Shown: positions 20,268-30,056 of the stretch, piece after piece
How positions within the stretch are numbered: the stretch's first letter is position 1
Layout of the letters: each line of letters begins with the position of its first letter
Origin: Candidatus Bathyarchaeia archaeon
Lineage (GTDB): Archaea > Thermoproteota > Bathyarchaeia > Bathyarchaeales > Bathycorpusculaceae
Length of the DNA stretch: 64,000 nt
Direction: 5' to 3'
Assembly: GCA_050010755.1 (NCBI GenBank)
Contig: JBEKKK010000001.1
Coordinates: forward strand, 704,001 to 768,000
Translations under genes and position numbers: made by a program
Notes under the pieces: model-generated
Seen by the model: only the letters and a program-made list of their open reading frames with translations
The model's database searches: none
Told to the model about the DNA's origin: nothing

Positions 20268-23200
20268 TTGGGTAATCTTGCTGAGGAATTTGATAAAAGT
20301 TGGCAGGAGGAATCGAGAAGACATGCGGCGACCACAATCCGTAACGAAGTTGACGACTGGTGCGAATCCTACAGGTCCACAGCAGAGAAAAGGTGGCTTT
20401 ATGAATTACTACAGAATGCGATAGACACTGCAACGGAAAACATGATTCCCAGCTTGGACATAAAGGTTGAATTCAAAGGTGGAAACCTTTCGGTTAAGCA
20501 TAACGGAGGAGGTTTTCTTCTCAAAGAAGTCATTGCTCTTGTATCTGGTGGGACATCAAAGTACTTTGGCAGAGAAACTCTTGGAAGGTTCGGCAAAGGG
20601 TTTCTCGTAACTCATATTTTGTCCAAAGAAGTTGAAGTTGAGAGTTCGATAACTCATTTGGGAACCAAAAGGCCTTTTCAAATCAAACTAGATAGAAGAG
20701 GGGACGAAAAACTCATCGAGCAAAACATCAATGATTGCAAAGACCAGCTAGATGTTGTTGTAAATCGAGTCGAGCCTGTTAACCTCGACGAAACGACCTT
20801 TACTTACATAAACGCAGCAGTGGAGGAAGCCAACAATTGCAAGGTTCTCTGTCGTCCGTTGCCTTACGTTATGATTTTTAATCCCATAATTGAGAATATC
20901 GACGTAGATTTTGAGCTTGAAGATGGGCGCTTCAACGTTTTTTGGAAAAAAAGGAATCAGAACAATTTTGATTATAACGGGCAACAATTCGAAAAAATTG
21001 GCATATCGACCGCCACCGGCGAACTTACCTGCATTAAGATAAAAAGCACTAAATTGGAACTCGCAGTGCTATTGGCAACTTCAGGGGCTTCACCTGAAGT
21101 TATGGACACTAGATGCTTCCCTAGTTTTTACTGTAACCTTCCACTGTGTGATTCGGATTCAGCTAGCCTTTCTTTTGCGATTAACAGTTCGAGCTTCGGA
21201 ATTGACACAAACCGCTCTTTCATCAATGTCTCCGCTGAAAACTCCGAAATTCTCGAGGAGCTTCCAACATTGCTAAATTCTTTATTAGATTATCTTGTTA
21301 GTGCAGGGGCACTGAACTTGCACCTGCTAGGACATGTTGACTTTTCAAGACTTTCGGAAGAAAGAAAAACCTACTTACTGAAACAGTTTTTCTATCTTAC
21401 AGAGCAACTAAGTTCTAAACCGATCCTTCGTTGCAAAAATGAAAACATCGCTCCCAACTCATCACAGATACCTTCAGGTGATTATCTAGGCCAAAACCTT
21501 CCTAAATTGACACCTTTGATATATGGTCTTCTAACCCAGTGTCACGCAAATGTGCCTGAGCTGTACGAAGAATGGGAAACAATATCTAAAGAATGGGCAT
21601 TTCTAGGAGTCAATCTACAGATTCGCACCCTAGAAAATCTGTTGGAAAGTCTGCAAGCGGACATTAATCTTGTTCAACCAGGATCGGTGAAAGCGTATGT
21701 GATTTCATTAATAGAGGCTCTTTATTCGGGTCAACAAATCACAAAAAGCATTCCTCAAGAAATCTCACAGAGGAAAATATTGCTAAATCAAAAACTGCAG
21801 CTTGTTGCTCCTCAAGACGCTAACATCGACTTGCAAGTAGATGAGAAATTAAAGGAAATAGCCTCTGGAGTGGGATGGGATATAAAAGGGCAGCTTCTGG
21901 ATGGTGAGATTCTCAAAACTCTGTCACTGAAAGATTTTATCAGTAATACACTCTGCTCAGGCAGAGAAACCTTCACAAACGATCTTGTCTTGCGAAAACT
22001 GTGGGATTCCTATGTTTCTACCAGATGGAAAGAAAGTCAGAAACAAGTGACATACAAAGATGCTTTGATGGGTCTGATAATTTGGCTAACGAAAAACAAA
22101 AGCTCAGATGAAATAAGAAGTTTCGTGAATCCTGACCTGCTGCCCATTCTTTGCAGCGATGGCATCTTTAGATGCAACGAAGAAATGTCGCGATATCCTT
22201 TTTTGTGGTCTGTGGAACAGCTGGAAGATGAACTGCGGCAGTTTGTTAACCTGATCGGTTCAAGATGGATCATGGCAAACGAATACGTGACTTTGTTGCC
22301 GCCGGATGAGCGTACCAAGTTTTTTGAAGCGCTGTCGTCAATCAGCGTTTCTTTTGAAACTCCAATTTTTCAATGGTCCGATAAGCAACTTAATGAAAAG
22401 GAAGCAGACGCTCTAGCCAGCTCGACAACTTTTCCAACTGGAGCCAAGGTTGATGCGTGGGACCTTATAGGCTTGCAAGACATGACTTCCGCAGTCGCTG
22501 GAGGAAGGGATGCAGATCTCGCTTCAAAGGTCTTGGCATTTGTTCTTACCTACGTTATCAATCACGATGACTCATGGCTTAGTCCAACCTTAATCGGCGA
22601 TAAGGCAATCTACAGCTGTTATTGGCTAGCTGTTTTGAAAACGAAGGATTGGGTTCCGTCAATAGATGGAAAACATTTGGAATCTCTTAACAGAGAGAGT
22701 TGGGAACGGGTCCTCAACATCCCTGATCTGGAGCTTAACGGTAACATTGTGAGTTTCTTAGGAAAGCATTTTGGCATTAATTTGCCAGGGATTCTCGCTC
22801 TAAAATTGAAGGTCATGAATCCGCTCGATTATCGAACTATGATTATAGACAAGTTAATCACTCTTTCATCGGATGATGCATCAAAGATCGCAGCAGAAGT
22901 AGAGAAACGCCTAAATGATATTGAAAATGTCCGAAACAATCAAAAACTTGGTCGGATTGTGGAAGAAATAAGCAAACGTATTTTTGAGAAACGAGGATTC
23001 AAAACGAAATGGACAGGAATAGGTTCTGACTTTAGATTAGTCGAGCCTGATGATATTGGTTCATTGAAATTGCAGTCCTCGGAGAATAGCCAAGATTCCG
23101 GAGTACTGATAGAAGTAAAGGCAACTGCTAGAGAAATTACCCGCATGACAATGGTGCAAGCGAAAAAAGCAATTCAAACCGGAACAAGATACATTTTGTG

Positions 23201-23525
23201 CGTATTGGACGTAAGCGGAATTACAATCCCAGATGTTAAGGGCGAAGAACAAGACCCCAAAACAGTAGAGTTGGTTGCGAAGTCATTGAAATTCGTCACG
23301 GACGTCGGAAGCAAGATCGACGAAGCTGTCAAGAAAGCTGACGGCTTTCAAGATCATCAGGGAGAGTTGAAAGACGTGGAAATTCCTCCAGGCATTAAGA
23401 TACGTTTTGAGGAGACCGATATTAGGCTTGGCGTAATGAAAAAAATATGGGGCGAAGGATATTCATTGGAAGAGATTGTGCCCTATTGCGAAAGCATTGT
23501 CAGTACCAGATCGACAGGTACATAG
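20268..23525 (+). CDS. Sacsin-like GHKL ATPase fused to C-terminal DUF3883/NOV-like PD-(D/E)xK nuclease
   Basis: ELLQNAID, HNGGGF, GRFGKGF (Bergerat fold); C-terminal G..VE, GSDF, IEVKAT, YILCV. Likely TTG 20268 after GGAGG (ORF track start 20130). Confidence 0.8.
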   Translation: MGNLAEEFDKSWQEESRRHAATTIRNEVDDWCESYRSTAEKRWLYELLQNAIDTATENMIPSLDIKVEFKGGNLSVKHNGGGFLLKEVIALVSGGTSKYFGRETLGRFGKGFLVTHILSKEVEVESSITHLGTKRPFQIKLDRRGDEKLIEQNINDCKDQLDVVVNRVEPVNLDETTFTYINAAVEEANNCKVLCRPLPYVMIFNPIIENIDVDFELEDGRFNVFWKKRNQNNFDYNGQQFEKIGISTATGELTCIKIKSTKLELAVLLATSGASPEVMDTRCFPSFYCNLPLCDSDSASLSFAINSSSFGIDTNRSFINVSAENSEILEELPTLLNSLLDYLVSAGALNLHLLGHVDFSRLSEERKTYLLKQFFYLTEQLSSKPILRCKNENIAPNSSQIPSGDYLGQNLPKLTPLIYGLLTQCHANVPELYEEWETISKEWAFLGVNLQIRTLENLLESLQADINLVQPGSVKAYVISLIEALYSGQQITKSIPQEISQRKILLNQKLQLVAPQDANIDLQVDEKLKEIASGVGWDIKGQLLDGEILKTLSLKDFISNTLCSGRETFTNDLVLRKLWDSYVSTRWKESQKQVTYKDALMGLIIWLTKNKSSDEIRSFVNPDLLPILCSDGIFRCNEEMSRYPFLWSVEQLEDELRQFVNLIGSRWIMANEYVTLLPPDERTKFFEALSSISVSFETPIFQWSDKQLNEKEADALASSTTFPTGAKVDAWDLIGLQDMTSAVAGGRDADLASKVLAFVLTYVINHDDSWLSPTLIGDKAIYSCYWLAVLKTKDWVPSIDGKHLESLNRESWERVLNIPDLELNGNIVSFLGKHFGINLPGILALKLKVMNPLDYRTMIIDKLITLSSDDASKIAAEVEKRLNDIENVRNNQKLGRIVEEISKRIFEKRGFKTKWTGIGSDFRLVEPDDIGSLKLQSSENSQDSGVLIEVKATAREITRMTMVQAKKAIQTGTRYILCVLDVSGITIPDVKGEEQDPKTVELVAKSLKFVTDVGSKIDEAVKKADGFQDHQGELKDVEIPPGIKIRFEETDIRLGVMKKIWGEGYSLEEIVPYCESIVSTRSTGT

Positions 23526-23678
23526 CCAAGTCTGCAGCGGTCCGCGCGCGCTGAAAAGGGCGGATTGCCTCGGCTGTTTCCCAGTTCAGAGACACTTTCA
23601 CCTTATCCAAAATCGAAGAGCGAGGGGAACTAGTAGCCGTGTACAACCTTTCCAGAGCCTGGGAACGCATGAAACTTG

Positions 23679-25028
23679 CTAATTCTTGGGCAATAGGTCT
23701 TTTAGGATTTGTATTTTTGAGTTTGCCAATCTATCAACGATCAGTTCTATGTTTTTGTCATCATCTATTGCCTTCCTCACATAGCCTAGCCATTCGTTCA
23801 TGAACAAAGCAACATGACCCCGCCGCAATATGTACCATTGATCTGGCTTTAGTTCCTCAAGTTTTTTTACAGTCACACTTCTACAGAAGTCGCAATTGTG
23901 AGGCAATGCTCCAATATTTTCGTATATTTCCTTCATGACATCCCAAGGCCTATGTATTAACATGGTCGGATGAAGCCATTTGCCATAAGGCGCATACTTG
24001 CCAAAACTGTGTTCAATATCATAGTTTGTGAAAGAACTGGAAACAATGTCGAAACCAGCGAGAGGAGAGACAAAGCTTTGGCAATTATTTTCAAGAACAA
24101 CACATGCTCTATTTTTGAACGTTTTCGAGAAAAATTCTAGATTCGCCATAAAATCTCGATAATTGTCTCTCTCAGTTTGAAGTTCCTTATTGGTTAGGTC
24201 TAGATATTTGAATTTGAGCACTACTAAGGATTCCTTCGCATTTTCGGCGATGTACCTAAGAGCCTTGTCGAGCAATGACCAGCTAGCTAAGGCACTGCTT
24301 TTGAACAGAAAATAGGTAGCACAATGTTTCTTTCCTCTGGCCAGTTCTTTCGCGTTATCATTCATCTTTTGGGCTATCTCCAGCATTTCCTCTGAATCTA
24401 CCAGAGGAGTTGGAGGCAGAACAGCATCTGCATCATAATCTAAGTCACATTGTAGGAACGCTCGGATTATGTCAAGTCTATTTTGATTTGACTGGCTATT
24501 TTCCTCAGCAAGTCCTCGCCAAAATTCTCGATGATGTCTGTCGCGTTTGGATTCAAAGGATTTGTAAGCCTTCTTCTTCTCCCCTTTGTATCCAGACTCT
24601 TTTTGTAGTTTTTCAATTTCTTTGATGTAGTCAAGAATTACTTTTGGAGTGTATTGATTTTTCTTGAAGCCGTCCATTCTCGGTAGATAATAGAGGTATT
24701 CGAGACTAGGGTCGATAAGAAGAAGCTGTTGTTCGAAGAAGAGGCTATACTTGTCCTTGCGTACGTTCATCAATACATCCTTTGGTGTCTTCGGATGCAA
24801 TCTCCATAGAGCTTGACGCAAATCGACGAATCTTACTGTAGATGTTGTTAGTCTGTCGCTGACATGTTGCTCTCTCAAATTGATTAGAAAGTCTAGTTCA
24901 TCTGAATCTTGCAATTGTACACAGAAATTGGGCGTAGATACAATCTTTTGTCCAATTTTCGTTCTGGTTGTTCGGGCATAGCGATCACGACTCTCTGGTT
25001 TGACTTCTATTTTTAACTCGCTATCCAT
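23679..25028 (-). CDS. Hypothetical protein, probable divergent TGT-like TIM barrel with Zn site
   Basis: N-terminal ARTT..IG...STPNF like TGT ARTG...TP.F; LLIDP; GFDIVS; C-terminal H-x-C-x2-C...RRGH. Confidence 0.55.
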   Translation of the reverse strand: MDSELKIEVKPESRDRYARTTRTKIGQKIVSTPNFCVQLQDSDELDFLINLREQHVSDRLTTSTVRFVDLRQALWRLHPKTPKDVLMNVRKDKYSLFFEQQLLLIDPSLEYLYYLPRMDGFKKNQYTPKVILDYIKEIEKLQKESGYKGEKKKAYKSFESKRDRHHREFWRGLAEENSQSNQNRLDIIRAFLQCDLDYDADAVLPPTPLVDSEEMLEIAQKMNDNAKELARGKKHCATYFLFKSSALASWSLLDKALRYIAENAKESLVVLKFKYLDLTNKELQTERDNYRDFMANLEFFSKTFKNRACVVLENNCQSFVSPLAGFDIVSSSFTNYDIEHSFGKYAPYGKWLHPTMLIHRPWDVMKEIYENIGALPHNCDFCRSVTVKKLEELKPDQWYILRRGHVALFMNEWLGYVRKAIDDDKNIELIVDRLANSKIQILKDLLPKN

Positions 25029-25486
25029 TCGGAATCCTCCTTTTTCTCTACGAATTTATGTAAAGCGCTGAGAAAATTCCCCAAGTCTTTCATGTTTATC
25101 ATTACCCCTCCTTTGATGTGCGGGACTCGGCACTCATCTAATTCTTTCTCCTGTAAGTAGATGAATTTGCCTTCGTTGTTCTCCAACTTGTAGAAGGTAT
25201 AGGTTTTGTCAGTGTAGACAATGCTTTGAACGTCGGTTTCGTGAACAATCTTGCCGTTTTTGTAGTAGATGAACAGATTGCCTCGCTGGATTTTGTAGGC
25301 TTCTCCTATAGCGACCAGGACATCAAGATGTTTGCTAATGGTCATTCTATTGAAGTTAGTAGCAGAGGCAATTTGAGTAACTGTAATGCCTCCTTTGTCG
25401 TTTAGTCTGAGTATTTCAAGAATTACGTTGCGGGTATAGAAGTCTCTTTCTTGTGGAGACAAAACATGGATTTCTTCAGGAGACAA
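25013..25486 (-). CDS. Winged-helix regulator with C-terminal PUR/PC4-like domain
   Basis: GITVTQIA..NRMTISKHLDVL wHTH; KTYTFYKLENNEGKFIYLQE...GGVMI..DL.NF..AL; overlaps the downstream gene by 16 bp. Confidence 0.65.
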   Translation of the reverse strand: MSPEEIHVLSPQERDFYTRNVILEILRLNDKGGITVTQIASATNFNRMTISKHLDVLVAIGEAYKIQRGNLFIYYKNGKIVHETDVQSIVYTDKTYTFYKLENNEGKFIYLQEKELDECRVPHIKGGVMINMKDLGNFLSALHKFVEKKEDSEWIAS

Positions 25487-25554
25487 TACTGTTCTCGGAA
25501 CGATTATGCGACTTCTTATCTCAAATTCCCTCCCTAGGTTCTGTTCAGCATTCT

Positions 25555-25588
25555 TGCTAAGCGAATATGCTAAGCATATCTGCTAATC
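25555..25588. promoter_or_regulatory. Putative operator: three TGCTAA(G/T)C repeats at 13-bp period with central near-palindrome ATATGCTAAGCATAT
   Basis: Copies at 25555, 25568, 25581 between the divergent wHTH and uvrD genes. Confidence 0.55.
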
Positions 25589-25713
25589 AATATTTAACAC
25601 TTTTGCTTAGAACCCATATATCGTCGAGGCGGCAGCACCCGCTACAGTATTTGTTTGCTGTAATATTCATATAAGACGCCATGTTAGAGGTAGAACAATG
25701 AGGATCACCGTTA

Positions 25714-27588
25714 ATGTCCATACCTTTTGAGGAACTTGATCCGAAGCAAAAACAAATCGTCCGACGCGCAACTAGTCCGCTTCTTGTTCTTGCTGGGCCG
25801 GGAACTGGTAAGACAGAAGTGTTGACACATCGAATTGCCTATCTTAATGCTCAAATGGGTGTCCCGCCAAATCGAATACTAGCCGTCACCTTCAGTAGGA
25901 AAGCCGCAAGTGAAATGCTTGATCGCCTGAGAAAATTTCCAGGACTTGAAACAACAGAGTTTCATGTCTTAACCCTTCATGCAGAGTCGCTGAAACTACT
26001 GAACGAGATTGGAAAACGTCGCAAGTTTCTTGTTGCAGATGATGAGGCACGGCTACTAATTAAAGACGCTGCTGAGGATCTGAATCTTGGACTAGACTGG
26101 AGAAACTTAAGCTCATTAGAAAAAAAAGTGAAACTAGCAAAAGCAAACAACCTCCTTCCTGGAGATATTCGAGATCAACCCTTGCAGCGTTTCTACCGAC
26201 GATACGAAGAACTCCTTGACTTTAACAACGCGATAGATCTTGATGGACTGGTTGTGAAAGTCACGAGAGCCTTGCTCTCAGAATCGCCTTCTGATGTTTT
26301 TGAAGGTCATCTCCTAGTCGATGAGTATCAAGACATAAACCAAGCCGAATACAAACTAATCCATATCTTGGCTAGGGAGGCCGAAAGTCTTTTCGTAGTG
26401 GGTGATGACGATCAGAGCATTTATGGTTGGCGTGGCGCGGATCCTAGCATAATCCGCAATTTTGAAGGAGCCTTCCAAAATGGACGCATCGAAATTCTTG
26501 AGCAGTCGCATCGATGCCCGGGGCACATACTTGCAGGTGCTTATGCGATAGTATCAAGAGATCCTGATTGCATAAAAAAGACTGTTCGTTCTTCGAAAGG
26601 TGATGGCAATCCTATTAATGTCCTGCTCTCAAAGAGCTGGAGTGTTGAGGCTATCTGGATAGCAAATTGGATAAAAGAATGTGTTTCCAAGGGTTCCGTT
26701 AAGCCCAGTGACATCGCAGTACTGACAAAAACACCAAGTTTAGCCGAGTTACTTGTGGACCAGCTCAGAATTGCAGAAATTGATACGGTGTACTGGAAGT
26801 CAGGAGGATTTTTTTCTGATAGGAATATCTTAGACATACTTGCATATATACGCCTAGTTGTCGACAAAGATGATAACTTGGCTTTGCGGAGATGTTTGAT
26901 GACCACAACATCAGGCATCGGAAACGTAGCCGACACAAGATTGCGCTTGCTGGCAGAAAGGAATGAATGCAGTCTATGGGAAGTCGTCGTTGATTACATG
27001 AAGTTTGTAGAACTTCGCAGGTGGCGCGGTTCATTGGGAAAATTCGTGGCAAGGTTCACGCAGATGGAAGAACGGTTCTCCGAACTTAGGGTGTATCAAA
27101 TTGTCCAATCTATCGCAAAAGAAATAGGTACGGACCGATCAGCTAACATAAAGAAGTTGCAAGACTTTGCCAAGGCATTGCCGGAAGACTTCGAATTAGA
27201 AGATTTTCTTGCAGAGATTAACAAAAACAGAGGCGTAGACCTTACTGGCGGGAGTCCAGAACCAGAGACGAACGCAGATGCTGTAGCTATAATGAGCATG
27301 CATTCTTCCAAGGGACTTGGATACAAAATTATCTTCATTCTTGGAATGGATGAGGAACTATTACCGGATATGAATCAAAATGAATGTGAGCAAAGGAGAC
27401 TATGCTACGTCGCAATGACAAGGGCAAAGGACGAACTTTTCTTATGCCATGCCAAAATGCGGAAAGGGCCTGCAGCAAAGGGGCTTAGCTTCTACAAACC
27501 ATCAAGATTCATTAGCAACATACCAAAGAGCCACATGAAAATCATTAACAATGAATACTTCAGACAAGGATCAGCTGGTGCAACATAA
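25714..27588 (+). CDS. UvrD/Rep/PcrA-family SF1A helicase
   Basis: AGPGTGKT, VTFS, VDEYQD, VGDDDQSIYGWRGA, MHSSKGL, RRLCYVAMTRAK, SRF. Confidence 0.93.
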   Translation: MSIPFEELDPKQKQIVRRATSPLLVLAGPGTGKTEVLTHRIAYLNAQMGVPPNRILAVTFSRKAASEMLDRLRKFPGLETTEFHVLTLHAESLKLLNEIGKRRKFLVADDEARLLIKDAAEDLNLGLDWRNLSSLEKKVKLAKANNLLPGDIRDQPLQRFYRRYEELLDFNNAIDLDGLVVKVTRALLSESPSDVFEGHLLVDEYQDINQAEYKLIHILAREAESLFVVGDDDQSIYGWRGADPSIIRNFEGAFQNGRIEILEQSHRCPGHILAGAYAIVSRDPDCIKKTVRSSKGDGNPINVLLSKSWSVEAIWIANWIKECVSKGSVKPSDIAVLTKTPSLAELLVDQLRIAEIDTVYWKSGGFFSDRNILDILAYIRLVVDKDDNLALRRCLMTTTSGIGNVADTRLRLLAERNECSLWEVVVDYMKFVELRRWRGSLGKFVARFTQMEERFSELRVYQIVQSIAKEIGTDRSANIKKLQDFAKALPEDFELEDFLAEINKNRGVDLTGGSPEPETNADAVAIMSMHSSKGLGYKIIFILGMDEELLPDMNQNECEQRRLCYVAMTRAKDELFLCHAKMRKGPAAKGLSFYKPSRFISNIPKSHMKIINNEYFRQGSAGAT

Positions 27589-27589
27589 C

Positions 27590-27746
27590 TAGCTCCAGCT
27601 TGTTTTTTACTACTAGTTTTTGTTCCTTCGTATATCTCCACAATATCTCCTACTTTCCAGTTCAAAACACTGATAACCTCTGGAGGTATTGCTATCGCCG
27701 CTGATCCGCGGCGCGCCTACGAAATAAGCCTACGTATGAATAGCAA
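27590..27746 (-). pseudogene. Degenerate AbrB/MazE-like gene
   Basis: Manual translation LLFIRRLIS*ARRGSAAIAIPPEVISVLNWKVGDIVEIY with in-frame TAG at 27717-27719; tail KLVVK lies in another frame. Confidence 0.55.
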
Positions 27747-27825
27747 AAGCTACTACAGACGTTTGAAGCAAGTCATTATGACTCTTCTCCAGGGCGAAGC
27801 CCTAGCAGGGATTGAATTAGAAGAA

Positions 27826-28812
27826 TCAACAGCTAAAATATGGATGCCCATTTATCAATCTAAACGTAAGAACCTTAATTCCCAATTCTGCAAGTACTCC
27901 TCTGAAGTTTTTGCCTAGAACATCCGGAAATACTGCCACGAGCTGAGGGTTAATGCCTAACCTGATTGAGTTGAAGAAGAGTTGTCCTATTGCTGCGTAG
28001 CAACTCTGACGCTCTGTATCAGTCTTAACCTCGTATAACGTTTTTACCTCGTTCTTTTCACCAAGAATGTATAGGTCCATCCCATATCTGTTACCAACCT
28101 TCGATCCCTCAGAGATGAGCTTTTCTTCTAGACCCTTAACGATAATGCCATGATTGCATTTGGCTTCTATTTCACTATTGGAGCTGTAACGTTTTATTCC
28201 TGTAAATTCTTCTCTGAAAGCATCGAACGTTCGATCGGGTATGTGTAAATCAGACTTTTGATGTAAAGGTGCAATATATTTGATTCGTGCAACTTCATGC
28301 ACAAAGACACTCATTTGTTGCGGGAATTCTTTGCTCCCAAGCGACGCGACAAGTGCTAGCCTAGCTATATTATTGCCCTCTCGAACAGATACCCATTCGC
28401 CAATGAAATTATTAACGAAAAGCGACTTTCCAATGCCTTTTCTTCCGCCACCGATTATTCCTCTGTGCAATAGAAATAGTCCCTCCATTTCGTCCCCTAC
28501 TACGGCACCAGAAATCCTTCGGTTAAGGTTCTTAGGCAAATTGACCTCAACGACAATGCTATGAGGATACTTTTTGCCCCATTGAGGCTCTTGGAGACCA
28601 AAGGAGTTCCAGAACCTATCTTCTTCGTCCTTTGCTGTCCACCAAAAACCAAGATCTCTATTCCAGTAAGTCTCTCGAAACTGATGCCAACCTTTGCCAC
28701 CAATCATAATTCTACCATGCTTATCCAGAATAGACTTCAGTCTCTTTTCGAGTTGATCTTGAGCCTTTCTAACATCCGTCTCCTTTTCGATTATTCTTAG
28801 CATTTTTCCCAC
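27826..28812 (-). CDS. Hypothetical protein with C-terminal PD-(D/E)xK nuclease domain
   Basis: H..IV..L, MDLYI...LYEVKTD, YAAIGQL. Confidence 0.65.
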   Translation of the reverse strand: MGKMLRIIEKETDVRKAQDQLEKRLKSILDKHGRIMIGGKGWHQFRETYWNRDLGFWWTAKDEEDRFWNSFGLQEPQWGKKYPHSIVVEVNLPKNLNRRISGAVVGDEMEGLFLLHRGIIGGGRKGIGKSLFVNNFIGEWVSVREGNNIARLALVASLGSKEFPQQMSVFVHEVARIKYIAPLHQKSDLHIPDRTFDAFREEFTGIKRYSSNSEIEAKCNHGIIVKGLEEKLISEGSKVGNRYGMDLYILGEKNEVKTLYEVKTDTERQSCYAAIGQLFFNSIRLGINPQLVAVFPDVLGKNFRGVLAELGIKVLTFRLINGHPYFSC

Positions 28813-29049
28813 AATGTCTACGGAACGGCGTAGTAAATAAAAGCTTGAGGTAAGGCTATGCCAACCGCAAGGCAGTTTTACAAAAACGACGCATTCTTGA
28901 AAGACATGAAAAACCTTTTGATTTAGCCATAATTATTACATAATTCGCTCTTATGATGACCGCGGAACCCATAACCGATATAATAAAGAGAATTCAAACC
29001 CTCGCCAAGCAATGCGCAAGTATATTTTTACTGGCAAGAGCGTATTCCG

Positions 29050-29068
29050 ATCCCGGCCGGAGCACCAA
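29050..29068 (+). repeat. att-like direct repeat of the tRNA-Glu 3' end
   Basis: 19/19 identity with 19941-19959. Confidence 0.9.
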
Positions 29069-29319
29069 ACTTTTAGTGCTGTTCTCCGCAATAATCGTTT
29101 TTTCTTGTATGGCGCCCCATCAGGTACCGACATAGCTCTGCTTTATAGAATCAAGCCACGGCAGAAAATGCTCCCGGTCAATAGTTTCTATTGGTCGGCG
29201 GTCTGGTGTCTAGAGCTTGTATGTTATTGTTGCCACCTTTGCGTGCGCAGAAAAGATGATAGTAGGTGAAAAAACTTGGAGAATAGATACTGCAAGACCA
29301 AGCTAGTTCAGCGGTTTAG

Positions 29320-29892
29320 TCAAGACTTTGGCGTTGCCAGTATCATGTAATGGTAGACGCCTTCTTTCTTTATCTCATTTATTTTGAAGCCTGCTGACTC
29401 TATAAGGCCAGAAGCTTTCTTTTCGTCGAATCGTATTTGTAAAGGTGGACCCAACCGCATGGGTTCCTTTTTCCAGTCCAGGTCTACAAGTCGGCCTGTC
29501 GGCTTCAGCATTTTCCTGGCGTTTGACAACACTTTGCTTGGATCCTCGAAGTCGTGAAGGACTATTCCAAAGAAAACAACGTCTGCGCATGAATCACAGA
29601 GTACGGTCTCTTCAGCCATTCCCGCTGCAAGCTTGAGGTTCCTCAATTTTTCTTTTGCAGCTTTTTCTTTCAACCTGCGTATCGCTTCAGGATCAGCGTC
29701 CAAACCGTAGACTCTTCCTTCGTCGCCCACTAGTCTCGCTGCAGGAAGCGCAAAGAATCCTTGGCCACAGCCTACGTCTACGAACGTGAGCCCTGCCCTA
29801 ACGCCCACGTCAACCAGAATGGCTTCAGGGTTTTGCCATTTTCTCCTTTCTTTTTCATCATCGAAGAACCTGCGGCCATGCAAGTCTATCAA
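29320..29892 (-). CDS. Class I SAM-dependent methyltransferase
   Basis: VDVGCGQG, VYGLD, VLHD, LKPTGRL.DLDWKK. Confidence 0.9.
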   Translation of the reverse strand: MIDLHGRRFFDDEKERRKWQNPEAILVDVGVRAGLTFVDVGCGQGFFALPAARLVGDEGRVYGLDADPEAIRRLKEKAAKEKLRNLKLAAGMAEETVLCDSCADVVFFGIVLHDFEDPSKVLSNARKMLKPTGRLVDLDWKKEPMRLGPPLQIRFDEKKASGLIESAGFKINEIKKEGVYHYMILATPKS

Positions 29893-30056
29893 CCTCGAAT
29901 GCTATCTAAGTCCAACACGATAATAGATTCATGCGCACTTGCTTTCAAGCTTTTCAATGGATGTGGTCAAATCCACGCACGCTGAGGAACGAATTATACG
30001 CAAAAGAAATAGACCAGAAGCTAGAAAAGGTATTCGATCTTAATAACTGGTGAGAG

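Larger units (their letters stand above)
19941..29068. mobile_element. tRNA-Glu-integrated genomic island (putative defence island), no integrase seen
   Basis: ATCCCGGCCGGAGCACCAA at 19941-19959 (tRNA 3' end) repeated exactly at 29050-29068; AT-richer cargo of nuclease, helicase and ATPase genes. Confidence 0.88.

Noticed and set aside
25714-28812. Gabija system
   Set aside because: The UvrD has no adjacent ABC-ATPase/TOPRIM (GajA) gene; the neighbouring nuclease is convergent and of a different type.
29050-29068. Second tRNA gene
   Set aside because: Only the 3' 19 nt are present with no D or anticodon arm, so it is an att remnant.
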